64,000 nt of DNA. Origin: Trichormus sp. ATA11-4-KO1 (GTDB lineage Bacteria; Cyanobacteriota; Cyanobacteriia; Cyanobacteriales; Nostocaceae). The translations under genes were made by a program, and so were the position numbers. Positions 18,696 through 28,906 of this stretch are shown here, one piece after another. The notes beneath the pieces are model-generated. The model was not told the origin of the DNA, ran no database searches, and saw only the letters and a program-made list of their open reading frames with translations. Location of the stretch: the NCBI GenBank assembly GCA_019358915.1, contig JAHHIM010000055.1, positions 224,001 through 288,000 of the forward strand, given 5' to 3'. The first letter of the stretch is position 1. Every line of letters begins with the position of its first letter.

Positions 18696-19616
18696 TTATT
18701 TGTTATTTTTGTAGTTATCTACTGCTGTTCTGAGATTACCTTGATGTTCTGCAAGCAATTGTTCACCTGCCTCTTTTTCTAAACCAGTCCAGTGCATCAA
18801 TAACGCCAACTTGACCCACTTCCCACTACGTTCTAATAAGAAACCAGCAGCTTCTCGACTTAAACCTGTGAGGTCTTGCAACATCCGCAAAGCGCGATCG
18901 CGTAACTTAAGATTAGTCACAGCTACATCTACCATGCGATTGCCGTAAACTTTGCCCAGCTTGATCATGACTCCAGTCGAAAGGATATTTAAAGCTAATT
19001 TTGTAGCTGTCCCAGCTTTTAAGCGAGTTGAACCAGCGAGGATTTCTGGCCCAGTTAATAAACGAATGTCAACATCCGCATCAAAGCTAACTTGTTCTAT
19101 CGGTACGCAGGCAATAAAAATAGTACTGGCTCCCCGTTGACGAGCAGCGTTCAGCGCCCCGTGAACAAAAGGTGTTGTCCCGCCAGCAGTAATCCCGACT
19201 ACCACATCTAATTGAGTAATATGTCGTTGAGCGATCGCCATCTCACCATCTTCGCTACGATCTTCTAAATCTTCGGAACTGCGTACTAATGCACCAGCAC
19301 CACCCGCAATAATTCCCTGTACCAACTCCGGGGGAGTACAAAAAGTAGGTGGACATTCAGCAGCGTCTAATACCCCTAACCTACCACTCGTTCCCGCACC
19401 AACATAAAATAAACGTCCTCCCTGGCGCAAACGCTCGGCGGCGCAATCAATCGCTTCAACTAACTGAATTTTAGCCGCCGCCACCGCCGCAACTGCTTTT
19501 TGGTCTTCACTATTAAACAAATCAACCAACTCTACAGAATTAAGCTGGTCTAAATTAAGGCTGTGAGGATTTACCTGCTCAGTTAAAAGATAGCCACGTT
19601 CCTGCAAATTTTGCAT
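18696..19616 (-). CDS. murQ: N-acetylmuramic acid 6-phosphate etherase
   Basis: GAGTSGRLGVLDAAECPPTF, GSTRLKAGTATK. Confidence 0.95.
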   Translation of the reverse strand: MQNLQERGYLLTEQVNPHSLNLDQLNSVELVDLFNSEDQKAVAAVAAAKIQLVEAIDCAAERLRQGGRLFYVGAGTSGRLGVLDAAECPPTFCTPPELVQGIIAGGAGALVRSSEDLEDRSEDGEMAIAQRHITQLDVVVGITAGGTTPFVHGALNAARQRGASTIFIACVPIEQVSFDADVDIRLLTGPEILAGSTRLKAGTATKLALNILSTGVMIKLGKVYGNRMVDVAVTNLKLRDRALRMLQDLTGLSREAAGFLLERSGKWVKLALLMHWTGLEKEAGEQLLAEHQGNLRTAVDNYKNNK

Positions 19617-19697
19617 TGTCTACATCCGTTACATCCATTTAATAAATAACTCTTATGAAAAAAAGCACTGGAAACTGGATTAGGGGCTAGTATTTTT

Positions 19698-19800
19698 ACT
19701 CAGCACTCAGCACTCAGCACTCAGCACTTAGAGAAGCACTCAGCACTCAGCACTTAGAGAAGCACTCAGCACTCAGCACTTAGAGAAGCACTCAGCACTC
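19698..19800. repeat. STRR (CTCAGCA)n with 26-bp higher-order unit
   Basis: TTAGAGAAG spacer at 19728, 19754, 19780. Confidence 0.9.
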
Positions 19801-19801
19801 T

Positions 19802-20242
19802 TTACAATAAGCCTTCCAGTTTACGACGAATGTTTTCTAGTTCAGAATCAGAGATTTCTGGTGCGGCTGGTGGGACTTGATGAGAACGAAAGTCATCCTC
19901 CTCTTCAGCTTCAGCTTGCCAGTCAGTTTCCTCGACATTAACTTCTGGGGGCAGAATTAAATCACTGTTTGCTGGGACGATTTCCCATTCATAACCAGCA
20001 CTTTCGCAAAACCCCTTAACTTCTTCAGCATCAAGCATTTCTACTGTAGGTGTAGGGAAATCCTGAGCTTCCAGCATCAGAGCAAAGCGCAGAGCATCAT
20101 CTTCTGACTCAAACATGAGAATTTTGTTGCGTCCAGCCCCTGGCTGCGCCGCTTCGGCATCGCCCACCCGAATTGAGTGAATTCCCTCGTTTTCTGTGTG
20201 AGCATTGAAAATCAACACAAAAACGCGCATTGGTGTAATCAT
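19802..20242 (-). CDS. DUF3110 family protein
   Basis: EGIHS, MFESEDDA.RFALMLEAQDFP, C-terminal IRRKLEGLL. Confidence 0.85.
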   Translation of the reverse strand: MITPMRVFVLIFNAHTENEGIHSIRVGDAEAAQPGAGRNKILMFESEDDALRFALMLEAQDFPTPTVEMLDAEEVKGFCESAGYEWEIVPANSDLILPPEVNVEETDWQAEAEEEDDFRSHQVPPAAPEISDSELENIRRKLEGLL

Positions 20243-20527
20243 CTGTCCCTTTGTTTTTTAATCTATCTATATTAAAGTTTTAGACTGTGCCTCTGGGAAA
20301 GAGACAGCTACAATTTTCACTTTATGCAGATTTTTAGCCAAGCATCAATAACCTTGAGCTAGCAAACAGGAGAAAATCAAACTTTGCCCAAGTATCCCCA
20401 TCATCATCTAAGTAATCTCTGATCCCAAAATCTCAAATAGGTTTGTATCCTGGAATAAGCATCAAAATAATATTTGCCAGTTATTGCTTAGTAGTATGCC
20501 AGCTACACTAGCGGAAAGAGAAATTAT

Positions 20528-23500
20528 ATGACTAAATCTCCTAAAGAAGAGCAGCACTCCCAGCCCTCCGCCCGCAAACGTCTGTCATTGCTGGTGTTGA
20601 GGCGCGGCGGTATTGCCTTGGGCGGAATTTTGCTAGTGGGAATGGTCGGTGGTGTGTGGCGGTTATGGTCTTTTGTGCAAAATGAATTAACACCGTTAGC
20701 AGAAACCGGGATTACCAACACCCTCAACCGTCCGGTAAACCTAGGACAAGTTATAGGTTTTTCCCTCACAGGAGTCAAGTTTGGGGCTTCAGCTATTCCC
20801 GCAACACCCACAGATCCAGACAGGGCAGTAGTTGATGCTGTAGAAGTGGGTTTTGATCCATTACGATTAATTTTTAACCGCCAATTAAAGCTAGATGTCA
20901 CCTTAGTCAACCCAGATATTTATATTGAACAAGACAATCAAGGAAACTGGATTACTACTAAAATAGCCCCTCCGGGAGAAAGCGGCGCTCTTCAAACTGA
21001 TTTAGATAAAATCCGGTTTCGCAATGGCAAGTTGGTGTTGATACCGCAAAGAAGATATGAGAAAGCAGGGGCAGATCAGGAAGTTATACCCCCCTCATCC
21101 CCAGTAGCATTTTCGCAACTGCATGGATCTGCCCAACTTTTAGAAAAAAATCAGTTAGTTAAGTTTGAAGTGGGGGGACAAGCAGATAGCGGGGGTAATA
21201 TTGCGATTCAGGGAGATGTGCGCCCCAAAACATTAGCATCAAACTTACAACTGCGATCGCAAAATTTATTAGCTTCTAAAATTACCCGCCTGATTAAGTT
21301 ACCCTTTGACTTACAGGCGGGTACAGTTAATGGCGACTTGCAGATTCAACTGGCACCAGAACAGCAAACTTTGTTATTTGGCAGTGCTAACTTGCAAAGT
21401 GTAACGCTGCAAATTCCCAATGTACCCCAAGCTTTGCTCAATACCCAAGGTAATATCCGTTTCCAGGGAACTGAGGTGCAGCTAAATAATGTTGCTAGCA
21501 ATTACGGCAAAATTCCTCTGGTGGCTACGGGAATTATCGACACGGAAGCAGGCTTTAAGTTGGCAGGGCGTGTAAATGCAGTGAGTGTGGCCAATGCTCA
21601 AGAAACTCTCAATATCACCGCACCTGTACCTGTAAACGGGCAATTACAAGCCAACTTGCAGATTCTCGGCCCCATCACCAAACCCGTGCTTTCCGGCTCA
21701 GTTGCCACGATTAAAACTGCCCAAATTGATCAAATTAATTTTAATAATATCAGTAGTAAATTTGCATTTTCTCCCAATGCTAACTTAGTTACCTTGAGCG
21801 ATATTCAAGGCAAAGCCGCAGTTGGTGGAGAAATTACAGGTGCTGGTAAAATCCTCCTGGGGAAAACTCCCCGACTAGATTTAAATTTTGCAGCCAAAAA
21901 TGTTTCCGGGGATGCGGTCGCCAAAATTTACGAAACAACACCCCCGATCCAAATTGGCACTCTCTCAGCAACAGCTCAAGTCACTGGTCCCGCTACCAAT
22001 GTCCAAACTATAGTAAAATGGCAAGCTCCAGGGGCAACTTATCCGGGGACTGGTGAAACCATCATCGCCGCAGATCGTACCCTCACCTTCCGCAATGTGG
22101 CTTTGAATGTCGGCGGTGGTATGGTCAGGGGTGCTGGTAGTTTTGCTAATCGGCGTTGGCAAGCGGTGGCTCAAGCCTCTGGTGTAGGGTTGGCACCTTT
22201 TGTAGACCAAAATCAACTAGAAAATATCTCACTATCCGGGGCAGAATTCAACGGGCGTTTGCTGCTTGCAGGTAGCGCCGAACCATTTCAAATCGCCAGC
22301 ATTCGCACTGAAAATGCAGGAGTTAACATTGGTGGCGGCACTATTGCAGTTTCTAATATCCAGTTGCAAGACAAAAACTTTGCTGCTCAATTAGTGGCTA
22401 ATAATGTCCGCCTAGGGCGCATCTTGAAACAATCTCCTCCAGCTTTGGGTGGGCCGTTGGCAGGTACATTTCAAATAGCAGGTAATACAGAAAATTTTTC
22501 CCTGAACACTTTGCGTGGTACTGGTGAAGCCAGGCTAAATGTCGGTGGTGGGACTGTAACAGCCGCCAATATCCAATTAGCTGATGGTGTATATCAGGCA
22601 CAATTACGCGCCAATAATGTAGCTGTGCAGCAGTTAGCAGCTGTACCACCACAATTTCAAGGGGCGTTAACTGGTCAGTTTAACGTAGCAGGTTCTGTGG
22701 AATCCTTCCAGCCAGCAGCTATCCAAGCTAGTGGTGATGCCCGCGTGAATGTTGCCGGGGGGACAATTACAGCTGCTAATATCCAACTAGCTAATGGTCG
22801 CTATCAAGCCCAAGTCCAGACCAATAATTTACCTGTGCAGCAGTTGGTAACAGTCCCACCACAATTTCAGGGAGGGTTAACTAGTCAATTAAATGTGGCA
22901 GGATCAGTTGAGTCATTCCAACCAGAAACGATCCAAGCTAGTGGTCAAGCCCGGTTAAATGTTGCCGGGGGGACAATTACAGCCTCTAATATCCAAATCG
23001 CGAATGGCCGCTATCAGGCTATGGTTGATGCAGCTGGTGTGGAATTAAACCGGGTCAATCAGCAGTTACAAGGTGAGTTTGGCGGTAATGTGCAGGTGGC
23101 TGGGATCTTGGGATCTGCCAAATTAGCTGATGTGCGTGCGGCTGGACAGGTACAGTTATCCCAAGGTATCCCTGGACTTGAGCGACCCTTGAATGCAGAG
23201 ATCGCCTGGACTGGGGAAAAGCTGGCCATTGAGCAAGCAATAGCCCCAGGATTAAATGTTAGTGGTGATATATTTGCTAACGCTGACATTGCAGGTATCC
23301 CGGAAATTACTCGGTTAAATCTCAACGTCCAAGCGCAGAATTACAATTTGCAACAGTTACCCATCAATCTGCCAAATCAGGTAGCTGTGGCGGGTAATAT
23401 AGATTTTGATGGACAAATCACAGGTAATCTGCCCTTACCCAACGTCACAGGGAAAATCGGTTTACGAGACTTGGTTGTCCAAGACATAGCTTTTGAGCCG

Positions 23501-26203
23501 TTGTTAACTGGAAACATTCAGTCAACACAGGGACAAGGTTTAAATTTAGACATCACAGGTAATCGCGATCGCCTTGCCTTCAATTTAGATGCCCAAAATC
23601 GTCCCCAATCCTTTTTAGTCCAGTGGCAACAAGCCTTAGCCTCAGGTCAAGCTCAAGGAAATGATTGGACAGTAAAAGTTGCCAACTTCCCCCTACAAAT
23701 CTTGAATTTGACACCGCCGCCAAATCTGCGTTTGGGTGCTGGTCGAGTAGCTGGTTTGTTAACTGGAGATTTACAGGTAAATCAGCAGACATTAGCCGCA
23801 ACCGGCAATTTAGCGATCGCATCTCCGGAAATTGGCCGAATTACAGGCGATCGTCTAGCGGCTCAGTTCCGCTACGGTGATGGTAAAGCCACGCTCACCA
23901 GTAGTGAATTTGTCAAAGGTAACAGTAGCTACGCCTTTGCTGGTAATTTTGGTCAGACCCCTCAAGGGCCGCAACTACAAGGTAAACTCAATGTCAACCA
24001 AGGTAATATCCAAGATGTGCTGACAGTAGCGCAGATATTTGAATTACAAGATTTGCAACGCGGTGCAGCCGAACCAACCTACGGTACAGCCGCAGACCTC
24101 ACAACCAAATCCCGTGGGTTACCTAATCAGCCTTTGTTAACTCAACTCAAGCGCTTTTATGAAATTAATGCACTGCTAACAGCACAGGAACAAGAACGGC
24201 GGGACTCTAATCCCATTCCAGATTTAGCCGATTTACAAGGGACTTTTAACGGGGAAGTTGCTGTAAATACTGCTACAGCTAACGGCCTATCAGTGCAATT
24301 TGATTTGAATGGACAAAACTTTACCTGGGGTAAACAGGAAGAACCCAATCGTTTTTATACTGCCAACAATATAATTGCCCAAGGCAGATTTGAAAATGGC
24401 GTTTTACAGTTACTTCCATTACGGATTGAATTAGCAAATAGCCGTCTCGCTTTTAGAGGTAACATTGGCGGCGATGATCAATCTGGTCAGCTGCGAGTCA
24501 ATAATTTTCCTCTAGAGTTACTCAATAATTTTGTTAACTTCCCAGTGGGAATTTCCGGGAATCTCAGTGGTACAGCAGCTTTAGCCGGTAGTGTTGCCAA
24601 TCCCCAAGGTAGAGGGGAGTTGGTAATCGCAGAAGGAAGATTGAATCAGCAACCAGTAGAATCAGCTACAGCTAGTTTCAGTTATGCCGATGGACGGCTG
24701 AACTTTGGCAGTACCGTCTCAGTTGTGGAAACGGAACCAGTGAATATTACTGGTAGTATTCCTTATCAGTTACCTTTTGCATCTGTAGCACCAGATAGCA
24801 ATCAAATTAGTCTGGATGTGAAAGTGAAAAACGAGGGATTAGCAATTTTAAATCTGTTGACTAATCAGGTAGCCTTTGAGCAGGGTGAAGGAGACGTAGA
24901 CATTACAGTCCGAGGTACCAGACAAAAGCCACAGGTCAATGGCATTGCCACTGTTAATAATGCTACTTTTACAGCTCAGGCGTTGCCAGGCAAGCTCAGA
25001 AGTGTTACCGGAAAAATCCAGTTTGATTTTGACCGAATTTTAGTAGAAAATCTGGAGGGTAGGTTTAGCCGAGGTGATGTCAAAGCTGCGGGAGAAATTC
25101 CCATCTTTGACAACGGGCTAGCTAATCTTGACAATCCCCTCACTGTTAACATAGGTGAGCTAGCTTTAAATCTCAAGGGACTTTACCAAGGAGGAGTTAG
25201 TGGCAATCTACAAATTACTGGTTCTGCCCTAAACCCAGAAATTGGCGGTAAAGTGAATTTATTTGATGGTCAGGTACTGCTAGCAGATTCTGCCAACCCA
25301 GATCAACCTGCAAATAACACTCTTGGTTTATCATCCTCTGCAACTAACAAGCAGAGCCAACCTGATGACGGCAATACTTTAGCGAAATTTAATAATTTAG
25401 AGATAGAACTCGGTAAAAACGTCCAAATCAACCGTCCACCTATTCTCAGTTTTCGAGCAATCGGCAACCTCACAGTTAACGGCTCCTTTTCTGAGCCAAT
25501 ACCCGATGGCACCATCAGGTTAGAACAAGGTGGCGTGAATTTGTTTACTACCCAGTTTAACCTGGCTCGTGGGTACAAACATACCGCGACTTTTAGAGCC
25601 AGTCAACCCCGTGACCCCGAATTAGATGTTCGGCTATTTGCTAAGGTACTAGATGTAGTTCAAAGTAGTGATTTTGCCCGGACAAACACCGCCGGGTTAG
25701 CGGCTTTAGAGAGTGTTCGAGTTGAAGCCAATGTTCAAGGTTTTGCCAGTCAAATCAATGAAACTTTGGAACTAACAAGCACTCCGACTCGCTCTGACGC
25801 CGAAATTGTCGCTTTGTTAGGTGGTGGATTTCTCGGTAACCAGGGTGGTGGAGACAGCACCTTGGGTCTGATTAACATTGCCGGCTCAGCTGTATTTAGC
25901 AACTTTCAGGCGGCTTTTAACCAGATTGGTAGCGCCGTTGGGTTAAGTGAACTGCGTGTATTTCCTACTATCATTTCCAATAATCCGGAAGCAGGTAGGA
26001 GCAGTTCTAGTTTGGAATTGGCTGCGGAGGCGGGAGTTGATATTTCTCCAAAAATTTCCGTGTCCAGTATCAAAATTTTGACAGCAAACGACCCCTTCCA
26101 GTGGGGTGTGAATTATCGAATTAATGACGAAATTCGTTTGCGTGCTTCAACTAATTTAGACGATGATAGTCGTGCAGTAGTAGAGTTTCAAAGACGATTC
26201 TAA
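20528..26203 (+). CDS. tamB: Translocation/assembly module TamB (DUF748/DUF490)
   Basis: N-terminal TM anchor, long beta-rich body, C-terminal DUF490-like ending in EFQRRF. Confidence 0.88.
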   Translation: MTKSPKEEQHSQPSARKRLSLLVLRRGGIALGGILLVGMVGGVWRLWSFVQNELTPLAETGITNTLNRPVNLGQVIGFSLTGVKFGASAIPATPTDPDRAVVDAVEVGFDPLRLIFNRQLKLDVTLVNPDIYIEQDNQGNWITTKIAPPGESGALQTDLDKIRFRNGKLVLIPQRRYEKAGADQEVIPPSSPVAFSQLHGSAQLLEKNQLVKFEVGGQADSGGNIAIQGDVRPKTLASNLQLRSQNLLASKITRLIKLPFDLQAGTVNGDLQIQLAPEQQTLLFGSANLQSVTLQIPNVPQALLNTQGNIRFQGTEVQLNNVASNYGKIPLVATGIIDTEAGFKLAGRVNAVSVANAQETLNITAPVPVNGQLQANLQILGPITKPVLSGSVATIKTAQIDQINFNNISSKFAFSPNANLVTLSDIQGKAAVGGEITGAGKILLGKTPRLDLNFAAKNVSGDAVAKIYETTPPIQIGTLSATAQVTGPATNVQTIVKWQAPGATYPGTGETIIAADRTLTFRNVALNVGGGMVRGAGSFANRRWQAVAQASGVGLAPFVDQNQLENISLSGAEFNGRLLLAGSAEPFQIASIRTENAGVNIGGGTIAVSNIQLQDKNFAAQLVANNVRLGRILKQSPPALGGPLAGTFQIAGNTENFSLNTLRGTGEARLNVGGGTVTAANIQLADGVYQAQLRANNVAVQQLAAVPPQFQGALTGQFNVAGSVESFQPAAIQASGDARVNVAGGTITAANIQLANGRYQAQVQTNNLPVQQLVTVPPQFQGGLTSQLNVAGSVESFQPETIQASGQARLNVAGGTITASNIQIANGRYQAMVDAAGVELNRVNQQLQGEFGGNVQVAGILGSAKLADVRAAGQVQLSQGIPGLERPLNAEIAWTGEKLAIEQAIAPGLNVSGDIFANADIAGIPEITRLNLNVQAQNYNLQQLPINLPNQVAVAGNIDFDGQITGNLPLPNVTGKIGLRDLVVQDIAFEPLLTGNIQSTQGQGLNLDITGNRDRLAFNLDAQNRPQSFLVQWQQALASGQAQGNDWTVKVANFPLQILNLTPPPNLRLGAGRVAGLLTGDLQVNQQTLAATGNLAIASPEIGRITGDRLAAQFRYGDGKATLTSSEFVKGNSSYAFAGNFGQTPQGPQLQGKLNVNQGNIQDVLTVAQIFELQDLQRGAAEPTYGTAADLTTKSRGLPNQPLLTQLKRFYEINALLTAQEQERRDSNPIPDLADLQGTFNGEVAVNTATANGLSVQFDLNGQNFTWGKQEEPNRFYTANNIIAQGRFENGVLQLLPLRIELANSRLAFRGNIGGDDQSGQLRVNNFPLELLNNFVNFPVGISGNLSGTAALAGSVANPQGRGELVIAEGRLNQQPVESATASFSYADGRLNFGSTVSVVETEPVNITGSIPYQLPFASVAPDSNQISLDVKVKNEGLAILNLLTNQVAFEQGEGDVDITVRGTRQKPQVNGIATVNNATFTAQALPGKLRSVTGKIQFDFDRILVENLEGRFSRGDVKAAGEIPIFDNGLANLDNPLTVNIGELALNLKGLYQGGVSGNLQITGSALNPEIGGKVNLFDGQVLLADSANPDQPANNTLGLSSSATNKQSQPDDGNTLAKFNNLEIELGKNVQINRPPILSFRAIGNLTVNGSFSEPIPDGTIRLEQGGVNLFTTQFNLARGYKHTATFRASQPRDPELDVRLFAKVLDVVQSSDFARTNTAGLAALESVRVEANVQGFASQINETLELTSTPTRSDAEIVALLGGGFLGNQGGGDSTLGLINIAGSAVFSNFQAAFNQIGSAVGLSELRVFPTIISNNPEAGRSSSSLELAAEAGVDISPKISVSSIKILTANDPFQWGVNYRINDEIRLRASTNLDDDSRAVVEFQRRF

Positions 26204-26287
26204 TTCTACTTGAACTTTTCCCATTGCTGAATAAAAACGCGTCCGAGCACGAGAGAATAAGAAATAGTGATTTAAATAGCAAAACCA

Positions 26288-27496
26288 ATGGATACAAAAG
26301 CTTTTAAACGTACACTCCAACATTCGGAAAATTACAATCGTAAGGGGTTTGGTCACCAAGCAGAAGTCACTACCCAGTTGCAATCTGAGTATCAAAGTAG
26401 CTTGATCCAGGAAATTCGCGATCGCAACTACGTTTTAGAGCGAGGTGATGTTACTATCCGACTAGCACAAGCCTTTGGTTTTTGCTGGGGTGTAGAACGT
26501 GCTGTAGCCATGGCTTATGAAACCCGTCAGCATTTCCCCACAGAACGCATCTGGATTACTAACGAAATTATTCATAATCCCTCAGTGAATCAACGGATGC
26601 AGGAAATGCAAATCGGATTTATTCCTGTGGCAGCTGGTAAAAAAGACTTTTCAGTTGTGGAAACAGGAGATGTAGTCATCCTACCCGCTTTTGGTGCCAG
26701 CGTGCAAGAAATGCAAATTCTGCATGACCAAGGTTGCAAAATTGTCGATACAACTTGTCCTTGGGTATCTAAAGTTTGGAATACGGTGGAAAAGCACAAA
26801 AAAGTTGCTTATACCTCAATTATTCACGGTAAATACAAGCATGAAGAAACCGTTGCGACTAGTTCCTTTGCTGGCAAATATCTCATTGTGCTGAATTTAC
26901 AGGAAGCACAATATGTTGCAGACTACATTCTTCATGGTGGCGATCGCGCAAAATTTTTACAAAAATTCGCTAAAGCTTGTTCGGCAGGATTTGACCCTGA
27001 TCAGGACTTAGAACGAGTGGGGATTGCTAATCAAACTACAATGCTCAAAGGCGAAACCGAGAAAATAGGTAAGTTGTTTGAGCGTACTCTGATGCAGAAG
27101 TATGGCACAACTGAATTAAACCAGCATTTCCAAAGTTTTAACACCATTTGTGATGCTACCCAAGAACGGCAAGATGCCATGTTGGAATTAGTAGAACAAA
27201 ATGTAGATTTAATGGTAGTAATTGGTGGGTTTAATTCATCAAATACGGCTCAATTGCAACAAATCGCTGCTGAAAAGAAAATCCCTTCCTATCACATTGA
27301 TTGTGTAGAGCGCATTAAATCAGCCACCACCATTGAACATCGGCAATTAAATGGAGAAATCGCGATCGCTCAAAACTGGCTACCCAATGGCAAAATTATT
27401 GTAGGAGTGACTTCTGGTGCTTCTACACCAGATAAAGTAGTCGAAGATGTGATTGAAAAGATTTTCGTATTAAAAGCATTGGTACCAGCACTTTAA
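26288..27496 (+). CDS. ispH: 4-hydroxy-3-methylbut-2-enyl diphosphate reductase
   Basis: [30 protein letters not shown]. Confidence 0.96.
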   Translation: MDTKAFKRTLQHSENYNRKGFGHQAEVTTQLQSEYQSSLIQEIRDRNYVLERGDVTIRLAQAFGFCWGVERAVAMAYETRQHFPTERIWITNEIIHNPSVNQRMQEMQIGFIPVAAGKKDFSVVETGDVVILPAFGASVQEMQILHDQGCKIVDTTCPWVSKVWNTVEKHKKVAYTSIIHGKYKHEETVATSSFAGKYLIVLNLQEAQYVADYILHGGDRAKFLQKFAKACSAGFDPDQDLERVGIANQTTMLKGETEKIGKLFERTLMQKYGTTELNQHFQSFNTICDATQERQDAMLELVEQNVDLMVVIGGFNSSNTAQLQQIAAEKKIPSYHIDCVERIKSATTIEHRQLNGEIAIAQNWLPNGKIIVGVTSGASTPDKVVEDVIEKIFVLKALVPAL

Positions 27497-27819
27497 ATTA
27501 AAAATTCCCCATCTCTTTACTCTGTGTTCTCCGTGCCTCTGTGGTTATATAAATTATCTTTAAACCGCAGAAGCGCAGAGAAAAAAAGTAAAAGTCTATT
27601 AATTTGTGACTACAAACTTTATTTGCACCGTGCTACTGATGAGGATTCGATTGCTAATTGGCGATCGCGTCAACAACAAGTCAATCCTAGGGAACAAATT
27701 TACCTCAATTTGATTCCCTAACTTAAGTTTTGTTAAGAATGAGTTTTTTTTGTGTACATTTATGCTCATGCCTTCCACAAGCGATCGCCCTGCATCAGAT
27801 AGCTTGCTTTCTCAAGTCA

Positions 27820-27993
27820 TTAAGCTGCATCCATAACACCAGGAATTTCAGCATTAGACTCTTGGGAGTTGATTGCAGGCTGCGATGGCTCAGTACTTTT
27901 GGGTTTGGTAGTTATTATAGATAGCAACTTGGGTAGAGCGATGCAGACAACAGTATTTAACAGCGTCAGCAATAGACCATCCATCAAGGTCAT
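27820..27993 (-). CDS. Small hydrophobic peptide, 57 aa (not in ORF track)
   Basis: MTLMDGLLLTLLNTVVCIALPKLLSIITTK...; AAGGAG RBS upstream; paralog of 28406-28654. Confidence 0.7.
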   Translation of the reverse strand: MTLMDGLLLTLLNTVVCIALPKLLSIITTKPKSTEPSQPAINSQESNAEIPGVMDAA

Positions 27994-28405
27994 ATACAGT
28001 ATCTCCTTTGTGAAAATTGGTATTTATTATCTTTTAGTTTGCAGCATAATTGGATTATCAATTACATAGATAATTTTAATTAACTTTGAGAATAGATAAG
28101 ACAAATAAATATATTAATCTATCTACAATTGCTACTTATACTCAAGGAATACAAATAATGTTACATTATAATGCAATTTATTTAATAATCTAACTAAAGT
28201 AATAAATTTTTTCTCTGGTAATGGTAAATAAGTAATAGGTGACTTTATTATTTGCAGACGGACTGAACTACTGATGGTTGAATATCTGCACAACTTTTAA
28301 TGTACCTAAGAAGCAAGACTATCTGCTGATTTCTGTACTTATTCTGAATGATGGATAAGCACAAAATTGGTACGGATTATGCAGAGATTAGTACCTTCAG
28401 ACAGT

Positions 28406-28654
28406 CTATGAATTTGGAGAACACTGGGAACAGAATTGAGGACTGAACTTACAGAATTGCCTACCTGTCAATACGTAAGTTGTACAATAAGGAAAACTAG
28501 TAGTTTCCATGCTGGCTTTTCCTGATGTTAAACCTTTTGACAACGGTTGAGTAGGTTTAAGCTGACGAGCCAGAATCAAAGAGAGCAATTTGGGCAATGC
28601 TAAGCAGGCAGCAGCATTGAGCAGGGTCAACAATAAGGCATCTAGTAAATTTAT
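28406..28654 (-). CDS. Small hydrophobic peptide with Cys-rich tail
   Basis: (I)NLLDALLLTLLNAAACLALPKLLS...CKFSPQFCSQC; the aligned start codon is ATA. Confidence 0.6.
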   Translation of the reverse strand: MNLLDALLLTLLNAAACLALPKLLSLILARQLKPTQPLSKGLTSGKASMETTSFPYCTTYVLTGRQFCKFSPQFCSQCSPNS

Positions 28655-28906
28655 AGGTAGTCACCCCCGTTGAAAATAGGTGGTCTCTGTTTTTGACGGC
28701 AAACACAACTAAAGCAACAGACTATGCAGTAATCTATTGCTTTTAGTTTATATAAATTAACTTTAACATAAATTTTTATCAATACAACCGTTGAAGCTGT
28801 GAAATGGTTTACGTATTAGGCTACTTAGATATTGAAGAGAAGTACCATAGCGTAATAACAGAATAATCTGTAAAAAAGGCAATTTACTGCACCTAGGTAA
28901 TGAGTT

